Source: Candidatus Latescibacterota bacterium
Lineage (GTDB): Bacteria; Latescibacterota; UBA2968
Reading direction: 5' to 3'
Assembly (NCBI GenBank): GCA_965208125.1
Contig: OZ242320.1
Coordinates: 1,024,001-1,088,000 of the forward strand
DNA: 64,000 nucleotides
This document shows, one piece after another, positions 56,178 through 64,000 of this stretch. Both the position numbers and the translations under genes were made by a program. Each line of letters starts with the position of its first letter. Position 1 is the stretch's first letter. The notes beneath the pieces were generated by a model. That model had not been told where the DNA came from. It saw only the letters and a program-made list of their open reading frames with translations, and made no database searches.

Positions 56178-59100
56178 TTAGAACGAGAATCGCAAACCAA
56201 ATGTGATGTCTCGACGGTCCAGATAGACGATATAAGGACGGCGCGTTTCCTGGAAATTGTCCAGATCGACATCGGAACCCGGACGGCTACCTTCCTGAAG
56301 TTTGCCGCTGGCATCAACAGTCCACCCGATCCGTTTCATATACGCGTCGGCTTTGGCATCGTCATTTGTGCCTGGATAGTCCCAGACCTCGCCATCGTAG
56401 TCGCGCAGATTGTTGAAGTTCTTGAAATTGAAGATATTGTGAATTTCCAAATACAACAGCGGCGCGCCCCTGGTATCAAAGGCTTTTGAAATCCGCAGAT
56501 CTGCCATGTTGCTGTCTTGCCACTGCACATTCAACACATTCTGCAACGCAGAGTCATTGGTCGGATTGTGATTCATCCACCAACCGCCTTGTCTGCGGAA
56601 GAACAGATTGGCTTCCCAACCGCCCTTCAACATGCGCTGTTCGGCCCCGTAATCCAGCGGCGTTCGGAAGTTCAAACCCAACTTCCAGATTGGACGCGGC
56701 TTAAATTGTGGATTGGCGGCATTGGCACTACCTTCGATAATCAGGCGAGAAGGCGTCGATACCGTATTCTGGTCATAAACTCGATCCCACCCAATCCGCC
56801 TGCTGCGTTCCTGGCGGTAGTCATAGGAAATGAAACCCGTAAAGAACTGGCCGCGCGATTTCTTAAAAGCAAGCTCATAACCGCGCACATCCTTGATCCG
56901 TCCCTGCGTTGTCCACCGCGTGCGCCTACCAGTACTGTTTTCGGGATAATAACTCGTGCTGGGTTCGAGTTCTTTGTCGATATCCTTAAAATACACCGTG
57001 CCCGAAGCCAGATATACACCTTCAAAACTCTTCTCAAAACCAAGCTCATAAGCGATGGTCTGAGGCATTTCTACCCAGGGATTCCCAAAGTTCTCCAAAG
57101 GCTCACCCGCACCGGACTGCGCGCGGTAGAGTTCCACTGTCGTCGGCACTTGATAGAAGTGACCGTAGTTGAAATAGAGCTTGGAAGTCGCCGTCGTCGG
57201 ATGAGACACGCCAAACCGCGGACTCCATTCCCACTTGGTCGGCGCGCGAACCTTGCGCCGATTCTCATACAACAATTCAGCGTTCGATCCCAGGTATTCT
57301 GCATGCGGCTGTCCCACGAGATCAAACCACTTGTCTGGACGGTGAAAATCCAGCCTCAGCCCCGCATTGACCACGATCTGGCGATACTCCATACGATCTT
57401 GCACAAAGAAACCACCATACCACGGCGTCTTCACCCAATAATTGTGCAAGTTGGCTGTTTGCGTCGCCACGATATCTGCAGGATTGTCGCTTTCCCAACC
57501 TTCGGGGCGATCTGGCAGCGTGGAGGTATAACCGCGATATTCACGCAGGAAGAATGTATGCGCCTGAATACCGGCTTTGACCTGGTGATGCGGCGTCATC
57601 TGACTGGTAATATCAAAAGTTATATCCGTCTCTTTAATATAGGACCAGTCCGCTGAACGGCTGGCACCACCACCACCGCGCAAACGGTAAATACCCAGAA
57701 TATCAACGCGGCGGTTGGCATAGTTCCAACCCACAGGCGCTTCATCCAGAATCACAGCACCGGCTGCTTGCGCGGATGAAACACCGGATTCGGTAATCTC
57801 TTCAACCCGACCATCGGGATAAACCGCTGCCGCGGGAATACCTACTGCTTGAGGTTTCTGCCATGTGGCTTCCCAATCCGTTCTGCCATAACGCGCAGTG
57901 AGATTGTAAAACGTCTTGGGCGACAATGTATGCGACCAGTTCAGGGTATAATAATTGCGGTCAATAGTCTCTTGATTGGCTTGAGATCCCGGCGCAAACA
58001 TCTGAACATCGTCAAAACGGCGCGAGGCTTCCACTTGCGATCTGACAAAAGTTCCCGTAAAGTCGCCAGTTTTCGTGCCATCTGCCCAACCGCGCAAATA
58101 ACCCAGCGATAGTTTTGTCGTAGCCGTTGGTGTAAACGTCAATTTGGCCTGCGCCAGGTTGTCGCGATACGATGTTTTGGACAAATCGTACGTATATGCC
58201 GTACGCTCGCGCTGATTGGTCAACATCACCGACAATTTATCCTTGATCACCGGCGTGCCAACCGTCACATCGTAGAGATAATCGGATTCGCGATCGGCAG
58301 CATTGGCATTAAAGCCATTATTTCCTTCCAATTCAAAATTGCGATGCTGCCATGCCCATATCCCTTTGGCCTGAGCGACTGTTGTTATCGGAAGATCGAA
58401 AATCCCCGCAGTCCATTCGCCTGCCGGACCGCCGCGATCACTGAACTCCTGCGTCCAGCCCTTAAAATCAGGTACGCCATCGCCATTGCGATCTGCTGTG
58501 GGACCATCGCTCTCAAAGCGACCGATATCCCACCAGTTGTCCGAGCTATATACGTCGGGACCAAAGTGCTTGCGACCAGCGGGATTATAACGCGCATCGG
58601 CACTGATCGTAAACTGACGAGGCTCGCGGGTCACAATATTGACAACGCCACTGCGCGCATCGCCATACTCGGCACTAAAGCCACCCGTCAAAATCTGAAC
58701 TTCTGCCAGATTTGTTTTGCTAAAAGAAGAATACGGACGGTTATTGCGGTTGTCTTTCATACCCACACCGTCCATTGTGTACAACATCTCTTCTTCGCTG
58801 GCACCGCGAATGGTCAAACCCCAGTCATCGCTATCCACACCTACCTGTGTGGCAAACGCATCGCGCAGACGAGGACCCGTCGGTGCTTCGCGGACTTCAC
58901 TTGCCTTCATAATCGTCTGAGCATAAGAAACTTCCAATTCAACTGGCGGACGCTCAGCCACCACCGTAATCTCACTTAATTCAACGGTCGATTCTGTCAG
59001 GGAAAAATTCACTGGTGAAGTGCGGTCAATACTCACCACCACATCCGTCTTACTCACCGTGTGATATCCCACAAGCGATGCCTGAACTTCGTACACACCA

Positions 59101-59321
59101 GGCAAAACCTGAATAATGAAGTAATCGCCATTGACATCTGCTGTGGCTCCCATTCTGGTGCCTACAAGAACTACGTTAGCACCTGGCAGGGGTTCACCCG
59201 CAGCATCTGTAATGCGGCCCGAAACTTTACCCGTGGTGGTCTGTGCATCGGCCTGATACGCCAGCCCAAACCCCAGAGCAATAGCAAGCAAGGCTATAAA
59301 CCCAGCTCTCAAACGGTACAT
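56178..59321 (-). CDS. TonB-dependent receptor with N-terminal carboxypeptidase-regulatory-like domain
   Basis: GKVSGRITD..GEPLPGANV, EITVVAERP, IRGA, TGGFSAEYGDARSGVVNIVT, SPRFGVSHP, C-terminal F. Confidence 0.9.
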   Translation of the reverse strand: MYRLRAGFIALLAIALGFGLAYQADAQTTTGKVSGRITDAAGEPLPGANVVLVGTRMGATADVNGDYFIIQVLPGVYEVQASLVGYHTVSKTDVVVSIDRTSPVNFSLTESTVELSEITVVAERPPVELEVSYAQTIMKASEVREAPTGPRLRDAFATQVGVDSDDWGLTIRGASEEEMLYTMDGVGMKDNRNNRPYSSFSKTNLAEVQILTGGFSAEYGDARSGVVNIVTREPRQFTISADARYNPAGRKHFGPDVYSSDNWWDIGRFESDGPTADRNGDGVPDFKGWTQEFSDRGGPAGEWTAGIFDLPITTVAQAKGIWAWQHRNFELEGNNGFNANAADRESDYLYDVTVGTPVIKDKLSVMLTNQRERTAYTYDLSKTSYRDNLAQAKLTFTPTATTKLSLGYLRGWADGTKTGDFTGTFVRSQVEASRRFDDVQMFAPGSQANQETIDRNYYTLNWSHTLSPKTFYNLTARYGRTDWEATWQKPQAVGIPAAAVYPDGRVEEITESGVSSAQAAGAVILDEAPVGWNYANRRVDILGIYRLRGGGGASRSADWSYIKETDITFDITSQMTPHHQVKAGIQAHTFFLREYRGYTSTLPDRPEGWESDNPADIVATQTANLHNYWVKTPWYGGFFVQDRMEYRQIVVNAGLRLDFHRPDKWFDLVGQPHAEYLGSNAELLYENRRKVRAPTKWEWSPRFGVSHPTTATSKLYFNYGHFYQVPTTVELYRAQSGAGEPLENFGNPWVEMPQTIAYELGFEKSFEGVYLASGTVYFKDIDKELEPSTSYYPENSTGRRTRWTTQGRIKDVRGYELAFKKSRGQFFTGFISYDYRQERSRRIGWDRVYDQNTVSTPSRLIIEGSANAANPQFKPRPIWKLGLNFRTPLDYGAEQRMLKGGWEANLFFRRQGGWWMNHNPTNDSALQNVLNVQWQDSNMADLRISKAFDTRGAPLLYLEIHNIFNFKNFNNLRDYDGEVWDYPGTNDDAKADAYMKRIGWTVDASGKLQEGSRPGSDVDLDNFQETRRPYIVYLDRRDITFGLRFSF

Positions 59322-59531
59322 AAACTCCTCCTTTGGTTTCTTTCCCCGGCTTTGGGAAAGATATAGGGAAAAGCCACCCGGCTCATCCCGCGAAACTTCT
59401 CCTGTGAAAGAGAAAACTACACACTACAACTACAAAATATTATCTGATCAGCCCTTACATCACCTCCTTATTAAACCCCTCCCTGTGATTGCAAAAACGG
59501 GCTTGAATACCCCACCTCCTTTCAATCGTAT

Positions 59532-59615
59532 GATGTTAATTCTCATTATAAACTTCTAAATAATTTTCGATAATTCAACAACTGCCAATTTAATATGTGT
59601 CTCAAACTCTGTCAA
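59532..59615 (-). promoter_or_regulatory. TBDR promoter with downstream Fur-box-like site
   Basis: TTGACA(59615)-N17-TAAATT; TATAATGAGAATTAACATC (59550-59532) matches the Fur consensus at 14/19. Confidence 0.45.
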
Positions 59616-59680
59616 GTGCTATCAACCCAAATTATGCGACATATGGACTGGAATTCATAACACATTGTTTTTTCTATATT

Positions 59681-62600
59681 TTATCTCCCAATAAAAAATA
59701 TCACATCCTTGCTCACCTTCATCCCCGTATTCAAATCCGTTACCGTCACCTCCATCTCATAGTGTCCCGCTTCTGACCCACTCACATCAATCTCCAAATA
59801 ATTGTACTCTGTTTCCCGCGCACCCACCTGCTCGTAAGAAATTGTCACCTCTTTCTTCTCTTCAATACCCAAAAATGTTCCAACCGCGCGCAAAATTGTC
59901 ACGATCAGGGGCTTGCCCTTGCGGGGTGAAATTTTGTAATCCATCTGGTAGCGCGTCTGACCCAATTCGTCAAATGTCAACCCATAGACCTCGTAATAAA
60001 TCGTCACGGGTTGTCCCGGCACATAGGTTTTGGACGGCATAGGCACGACCTTATGCCCGCCTTTCACCTTCGCCGCAGCATCCTCCACTACCGATCCGGC
60101 CATCTCTATATCGCTCAATCCCAACTCACCGCCCTCATAAGCCTCCACCTCCACCTCGCGTGTATAAGCGCCCATCGCATTGCGAGCGCGATCATGCACT
60201 TCCACGCCCAAATAATATTTGCCTGGCGGCACATTGAGCCCCAACTCATCAATCAACAGTGTTCCACTACCCACCTCAGTATCATCTGACACGGCAAAAG
60301 GCAACCCGGCGACCTTCCGAAAAACCGGTGTCCACGTACTGTCAAACAGAGCAATACCCCGTTCAACACGACCTTCGGTTCGCCCCGAATCAATCAGAGC
60401 ACCCAGAGGCACACCGTAATAGACCTCTAACCGGCTGCGCGGACTCTCCCCGCGAAAATCTATCGCATCGAAGTGAAACTCTAAATCATCTGTTACGGAT
60501 CGATAAATCTCAGATTGTTGCCGCACCGCCCGCGCCATCACCCGATCGGGCCTTTTTGCCGTCCACTGGCTCTGATTAAAAGTTGACAGCACGCGTCCCT
60601 GTGGCATATCGGGAAAATCGAACCCGCCGCGGGAATCCAACGCCGTAAACACGACCTCAATACCACCTGCCACATCGGGATAAATCCAGTACTCCCAGTT
60701 CGTACCCCCATCAATGGGAAAAATGGGAAAACCCCGAATATTGGTCATACCCGCATCGCGGTCGCGATGCGAATCCTGCACATCGTCATAATAATTTCCA
60801 TCATTGCGATCGGCACCACCGCCAAAAAACGTGCGATTGGGATTCAACTCGTAATCAATAGATTCAAAATCTGAAACAATCAAATCCCCTGCATCTTCAC
60901 CCTGATATTGTACATCCCGCGTCGAAGTCCGCAGCCTGCCCATCCGCGCAATAATCTCCTTATGCGCCTCGGGAGTCAAGCCCATCCACAATCGCTCCTT
61001 GACCCGCACGACATCGGGATCCATCTCATAACGCACATCGCCTGCGCGGCTCTTGTGCGCGGGTTCGCCATAGCGAATATAAATCTCTCCGCGCTTGTCC
61101 CACGGCTTTTGTCCGGACGAAAAATTCTGCATCGCATACAACACCCGACGATAGTGCTCCACCAGACGCTCATTGCCCGGCGTGGCCGGCGTGGGATCGC
61201 GGCGCTGCCAGAACATCCGCACAAAGTCCGGCTGTTGCTCGGACGGCAATGCCTCATAAGCGGTAGCCTCTTTCGGCGTTGCCAACAAGCGAATATCTTG
61301 CAAAAGTCCGCGCCTGTCCTCATCTACCGTACGCAAATACTCCGCCATCACCTTCTGCGCTTCTCCTGTCTGTCCCATCAGTTGATACACACCTATGAGC
61401 AAAGGAAGACATTCCGCACGCAGTTCGGGACGCGTGTCCATCAACTCGCGCCACACGCGCGTCGCCCTTGCGCGTTGTCCCCGCTTCAACCATATCCGCC
61501 CCAGATCGAATCGCGCCCGTGCGTGCATCGGATTCACTACAATCTGCCGAGTATAGGCTTTCTCGGCAGCTTCGATCTTGCCCTCGCGTTCAAACACCCG
61601 CCCGAGCAAATACAGCAACTCCGGATGATTCGGATAATCTTCAATCGCCTCCTTCAAAGCGTCTTCTGCCCGCTGCTTCTCCCCCAGCAAACGGGCAAGC
61701 GCGCGGTTGGCCTGCGCGATTTTCCAATTGGGGCGAAGAGCCAAAGCCTGATCATAAGCCACCACGGCCTCATCCCACCGCTTGCGTCCCATGTGAACTA
61801 TCCCCACACCATTGTACACTTCGGGCAACACCCCACCTGCGTTCAACGCCGAGTTAAACGTCCGTTCCGCATAGGGCAAATTGCCGTCAAACAAATAGGC
61901 ATACCCCTGCGCGGCGCGCCCCATCAAATCGTTCCCATCTTCATCGAGAAGCACCTCAATCACCTTCAGCGCATCTCGTGCCTGTGCCGTATCTGGCAGC
62001 ACCTGTCGAGCCGCATAGCGCGGATCGATATGCTTTGCCAGTTCTTTGCGCCTGCCCAGAGCTGTGATTATCGCCCCGTTCAGGTTGGGAGGCGCACCAA
62101 AACCGAGCAACGGGTTATAATACGCCCGCGCCACAATCGAATTGCGGTCCATCCAGAACCCGTATAGGAATGCCGCGCGATCTGTGCGTCCCAGGCCAGT
62201 ATAAATGGCTTCAACCTCGGATCCCCCAAACCGTTTTAATAAATGCTGTGCTGTTTTTGCTCGCCGATCATCAAAACCCGAAGCCGGAACAAGCGTCTCC
62301 CCCATCACCTCAAATTTTCGAGCCGATACGAGTGTATCCCTTCCTGCCGTAACCCGAACTCGCAACGTGTATGTCCCCGGCAGCAATTCATGAGTGGGAA
62401 TGCCCTCGGCAAAATTGACTTCACCCCGGTACCCGGGAAATGACCGCTGATCGCGCCAGAGGCGATACCCGTATCGGTCTTCTATCTGCATCTCGACCCC
62501 GTGGCTCTGATAACCCAGATAATACACCTCAAAATACAGGTAGAGCGGATCTCCCCGCCAATATTGCCGCGCCGGATTGGGCAGTATCAAGCGCCCATCT

Positions 62601-63145
62601 TTTCGGAACATCTCAAGGCTCTCTCCCGCCCCCTGTGGGTTAAATCCGGAAGACAAATACAGATCGCTCATCCCCGTTTTCCCGGGATCGTAAGCGGGCA
62701 CATCGAGAGAAAATACCGCCAGCCCCGCCCGGTCTGCCTGCAAGTCACTCAAGGTCAGTTCCCCGCGATAGCGACCTGCGGGCAAGCGCACCTGCACCAT
62801 GTCATATACCATGCGGTCTGTATCGACAGTAGCTTCCAGCGATTCGGCTGTCAGCCTGCTCTCCGCCTCAACCTGTTGCACGACCTCTCCGGCATCGTTC
62901 AAGACCCGCAGCGAAGGCTTGTACCGCGCGAGATAAATCCCAGAACTTTGCCGCAAGAAAGCAAATTGCGCCACGGGAAATCTCAGGGTAACTTCTTCAA
63001 ATCCCTCACGTCCTCGATATCGAAAACTGCACACATCGATCTCAAAAGCTATAGATCCTTCTCCACGAGGTGGCAGGTCCGTCTCACTCGCGTGTATTTC
63101 AAAAACTGCGATCATCAAACTCAAAAATACCATCGCGATACGCAT
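59681..63145 (-). CDS. GWxTD-domain protein with TPRs
   Basis: FWQRRDPTPATPGNERLVEHYRRV...PWDKRGEIYIRYGEP; TPRs; paralog of 49824..52694. Confidence 0.85.
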   Translation of the reverse strand: MRIAMVFLSLMIAVFEIHASETDLPPRGEGSIAFEIDVCSFRYRGREGFEEVTLRFPVAQFAFLRQSSGIYLARYKPSLRVLNDAGEVVQQVEAESRLTAESLEATVDTDRMVYDMVQVRLPAGRYRGELTLSDLQADRAGLAVFSLDVPAYDPGKTGMSDLYLSSGFNPQGAGESLEMFRKDGRLILPNPARQYWRGDPLYLYFEVYYLGYQSHGVEMQIEDRYGYRLWRDQRSFPGYRGEVNFAEGIPTHELLPGTYTLRVRVTAGRDTLVSARKFEVMGETLVPASGFDDRRAKTAQHLLKRFGGSEVEAIYTGLGRTDRAAFLYGFWMDRNSIVARAYYNPLLGFGAPPNLNGAIITALGRRKELAKHIDPRYAARQVLPDTAQARDALKVIEVLLDEDGNDLMGRAAQGYAYLFDGNLPYAERTFNSALNAGGVLPEVYNGVGIVHMGRKRWDEAVVAYDQALALRPNWKIAQANRALARLLGEKQRAEDALKEAIEDYPNHPELLYLLGRVFEREGKIEAAEKAYTRQIVVNPMHARARFDLGRIWLKRGQRARATRVWRELMDTRPELRAECLPLLIGVYQLMGQTGEAQKVMAEYLRTVDEDRRGLLQDIRLLATPKEATAYEALPSEQQPDFVRMFWQRRDPTPATPGNERLVEHYRRVLYAMQNFSSGQKPWDKRGEIYIRYGEPAHKSRAGDVRYEMDPDVVRVKERLWMGLTPEAHKEIIARMGRLRTSTRDVQYQGEDAGDLIVSDFESIDYELNPNRTFFGGGADRNDGNYYDDVQDSHRDRDAGMTNIRGFPIFPIDGGTNWEYWIYPDVAGGIEVVFTALDSRGGFDFPDMPQGRVLSTFNQSQWTAKRPDRVMARAVRQQSEIYRSVTDDLEFHFDAIDFRGESPRSRLEVYYGVPLGALIDSGRTEGRVERGIALFDSTWTPVFRKVAGLPFAVSDDTEVGSGTLLIDELGLNVPPGKYYLGVEVHDRARNAMGAYTREVEVEAYEGGELGLSDIEMAGSVVEDAAAKVKGGHKVVPMPSKTYVPGQPVTIYYEVYGLTFDELGQTRYQMDYKISPRKGKPLIVTILRAVGTFLGIEEKKEVTISYEQVGARETEYNYLEIDVSGSEAGHYEMEVTVTDLNTGMKVSKDVIFFIGR

Positions 63146-63412
63146 AATAAATTCCCTTTTTTAAAATAGTCTCTATCTCAAGTAAAAACGCCTCCGGGAA
63201 GGTATAGGTCCCAGAAATTTACTCCAAAATAGTACATAATCAAAATTCAATTCAAAAAAATAAACAACAATGTCCTGCGGCATTCGGTCATTGGTTTTGT
63301 GAATCTAAGCACCCGTATAAGCGTGTAATGTTCTTAGACCCTGTATAATTTTCTTGTCACAGACCGCAATTTTCGTTATTTATATATTTCAATATCATAA
63401 TTATCATTAAAA

Positions 63413-63447
63413 GTGTAAATAAATGTAAATAATGTAAATAAATGTAA
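63413..63447. repeat. Direct repeats TGTAAATAA(A) x4 upstream of the DUF1552 gene
   Basis: gtgtaaataaatgtaaataatgtaaataaatgtaa. Confidence 0.65.
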
Positions 63448-63474
63448 CTGCAATCGAAAAAAAAGGAGCCTCTC

Positions 63475-64000
63475 ATGAAACCACTGAACCGGCGCACATT
63501 TCTCAGAAGTGCAGGTGTTTGTCTGGCCCTGCCGTTTTTAGACGCCATGATCCCCGTGGGGCGGGCTGCGAGTCAGGCATTTGCGGTTGCCCGCGCACAG
63601 GCTGCAAAGCGGCTGGTATGTGTTGGCAACCCCTTTGGAATGATCCCCGAGCGATTCTTCCCGACGGGAAGCGGCGCAAATTACACACTCCCCTCACTCC
63701 TGCAATCCCTCGCAGCGCACCAGCGAGATTTCACCATCTTCTCCAACCTGGACCACGGTGTAACCGGCGGACACCGCACCGCGCATACATTCTTGAGCGG
63801 CATTCGCATCAAAGACGCCAAAATGATGCCCGAAGGCAACATCAGCATCGATCAAAAAGCAGCGGAATTTGTCGGCGTCAACACGCGGTTCCCCTCGTTG
63901 AATGTAAGCATCAACGGAAACTGCGAAATGTGCTGGACGCGCACGGGCGTACGCGTGCCGCCGATCAACGACCCTAAAAAAGTATTCCAGGCACTCTTTG
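63475..64000 (+). CDS. DUF1552 family protein (Tat-like N-terminus), 3' truncated by window edge
   Basis: RBS AAGGAG; MKPLNRRTFLRSAGVCLALPFLDAM, FTIFSNLDH, ISIDQKAA...TRFPSL; missing from the ORF track. Confidence 0.85.
   Translation, partial: MKPLNRRTFLRSAGVCLALPFLDAMIPVGRAASQAFAVARAQAAKRLVCVGNPFGMIPERFFPTGSGANYTLPSLLQSLAAHQRDFTIFSNLDHGVTGGHRTAHTFLSGIRIKDAKMMPEGNISIDQKAAEFVGVNTRFPSLNVSINGNCEMCWTRTGVRVPPINDPKKVFQALF

Noticed and set aside
59458-59470. 16S rRNA fragment (ATCACCTCCTTA)
   Set aside because: Only 12 nt match with no flanking rRNA sequence; treated as an SD-like motif on the minus strand
63519-63977. 152-aa ORF from the track
   Set aside because: Out-of-frame shadow of the DUF1552 gene that starts at 63475 and runs off the window
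1-64000. tRNA, rRNA, IS transposases, known riboswitches
   Set aside because: None recognisable by eye; a covariance-model scan would be needed to exclude small ncRNAs

Overview
Bacterial genomic window of about 45 genes. The gene content (sulfatases, GWxTD proteins, PorV/PorQ, DUF1552) suggests a Latescibacterota/Gemmatimonadota-like heterotroph; this is inference. The core part encodes carbohydrate and sulfate-ester catabolism (5 sulfatases, GH2, esterase, rhamnulokinase, Gfo/Idh/MocA), an argR-argC-argB-argD operon with tandem ARG boxes, an S9 peptidase, a long beta-CASP nuclease, and an envelope locus (GWxTD, TonB-dependent receptor, T9SS-type CTD protein, PorV, GWxTD, TPR-parvulin). The accessory part holds McrBC with an orphan m5C MTase, three paralogous DMFase-beta-like genes, higBA, and a defence patch at 21.8-26.4 kb. 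Main observations: (1) a deiodinase-like selenoprotein (in-frame UGA plus SECIS-like hairpin) that the ORF track splits in two; (2) a duplicated 57-bp bidirectional sigma70-like promoter module whose four outputs point into a PIN-toxin remnant, a 2TM + Pol-beta nucleotidyltransferase pair, an AccI-type RM system and a CARF/NE0113 remnant; (3) the 2TM + NTase pair as a candidate undescribed anti-phage system. All family calls come from motif recognition, not database searches.
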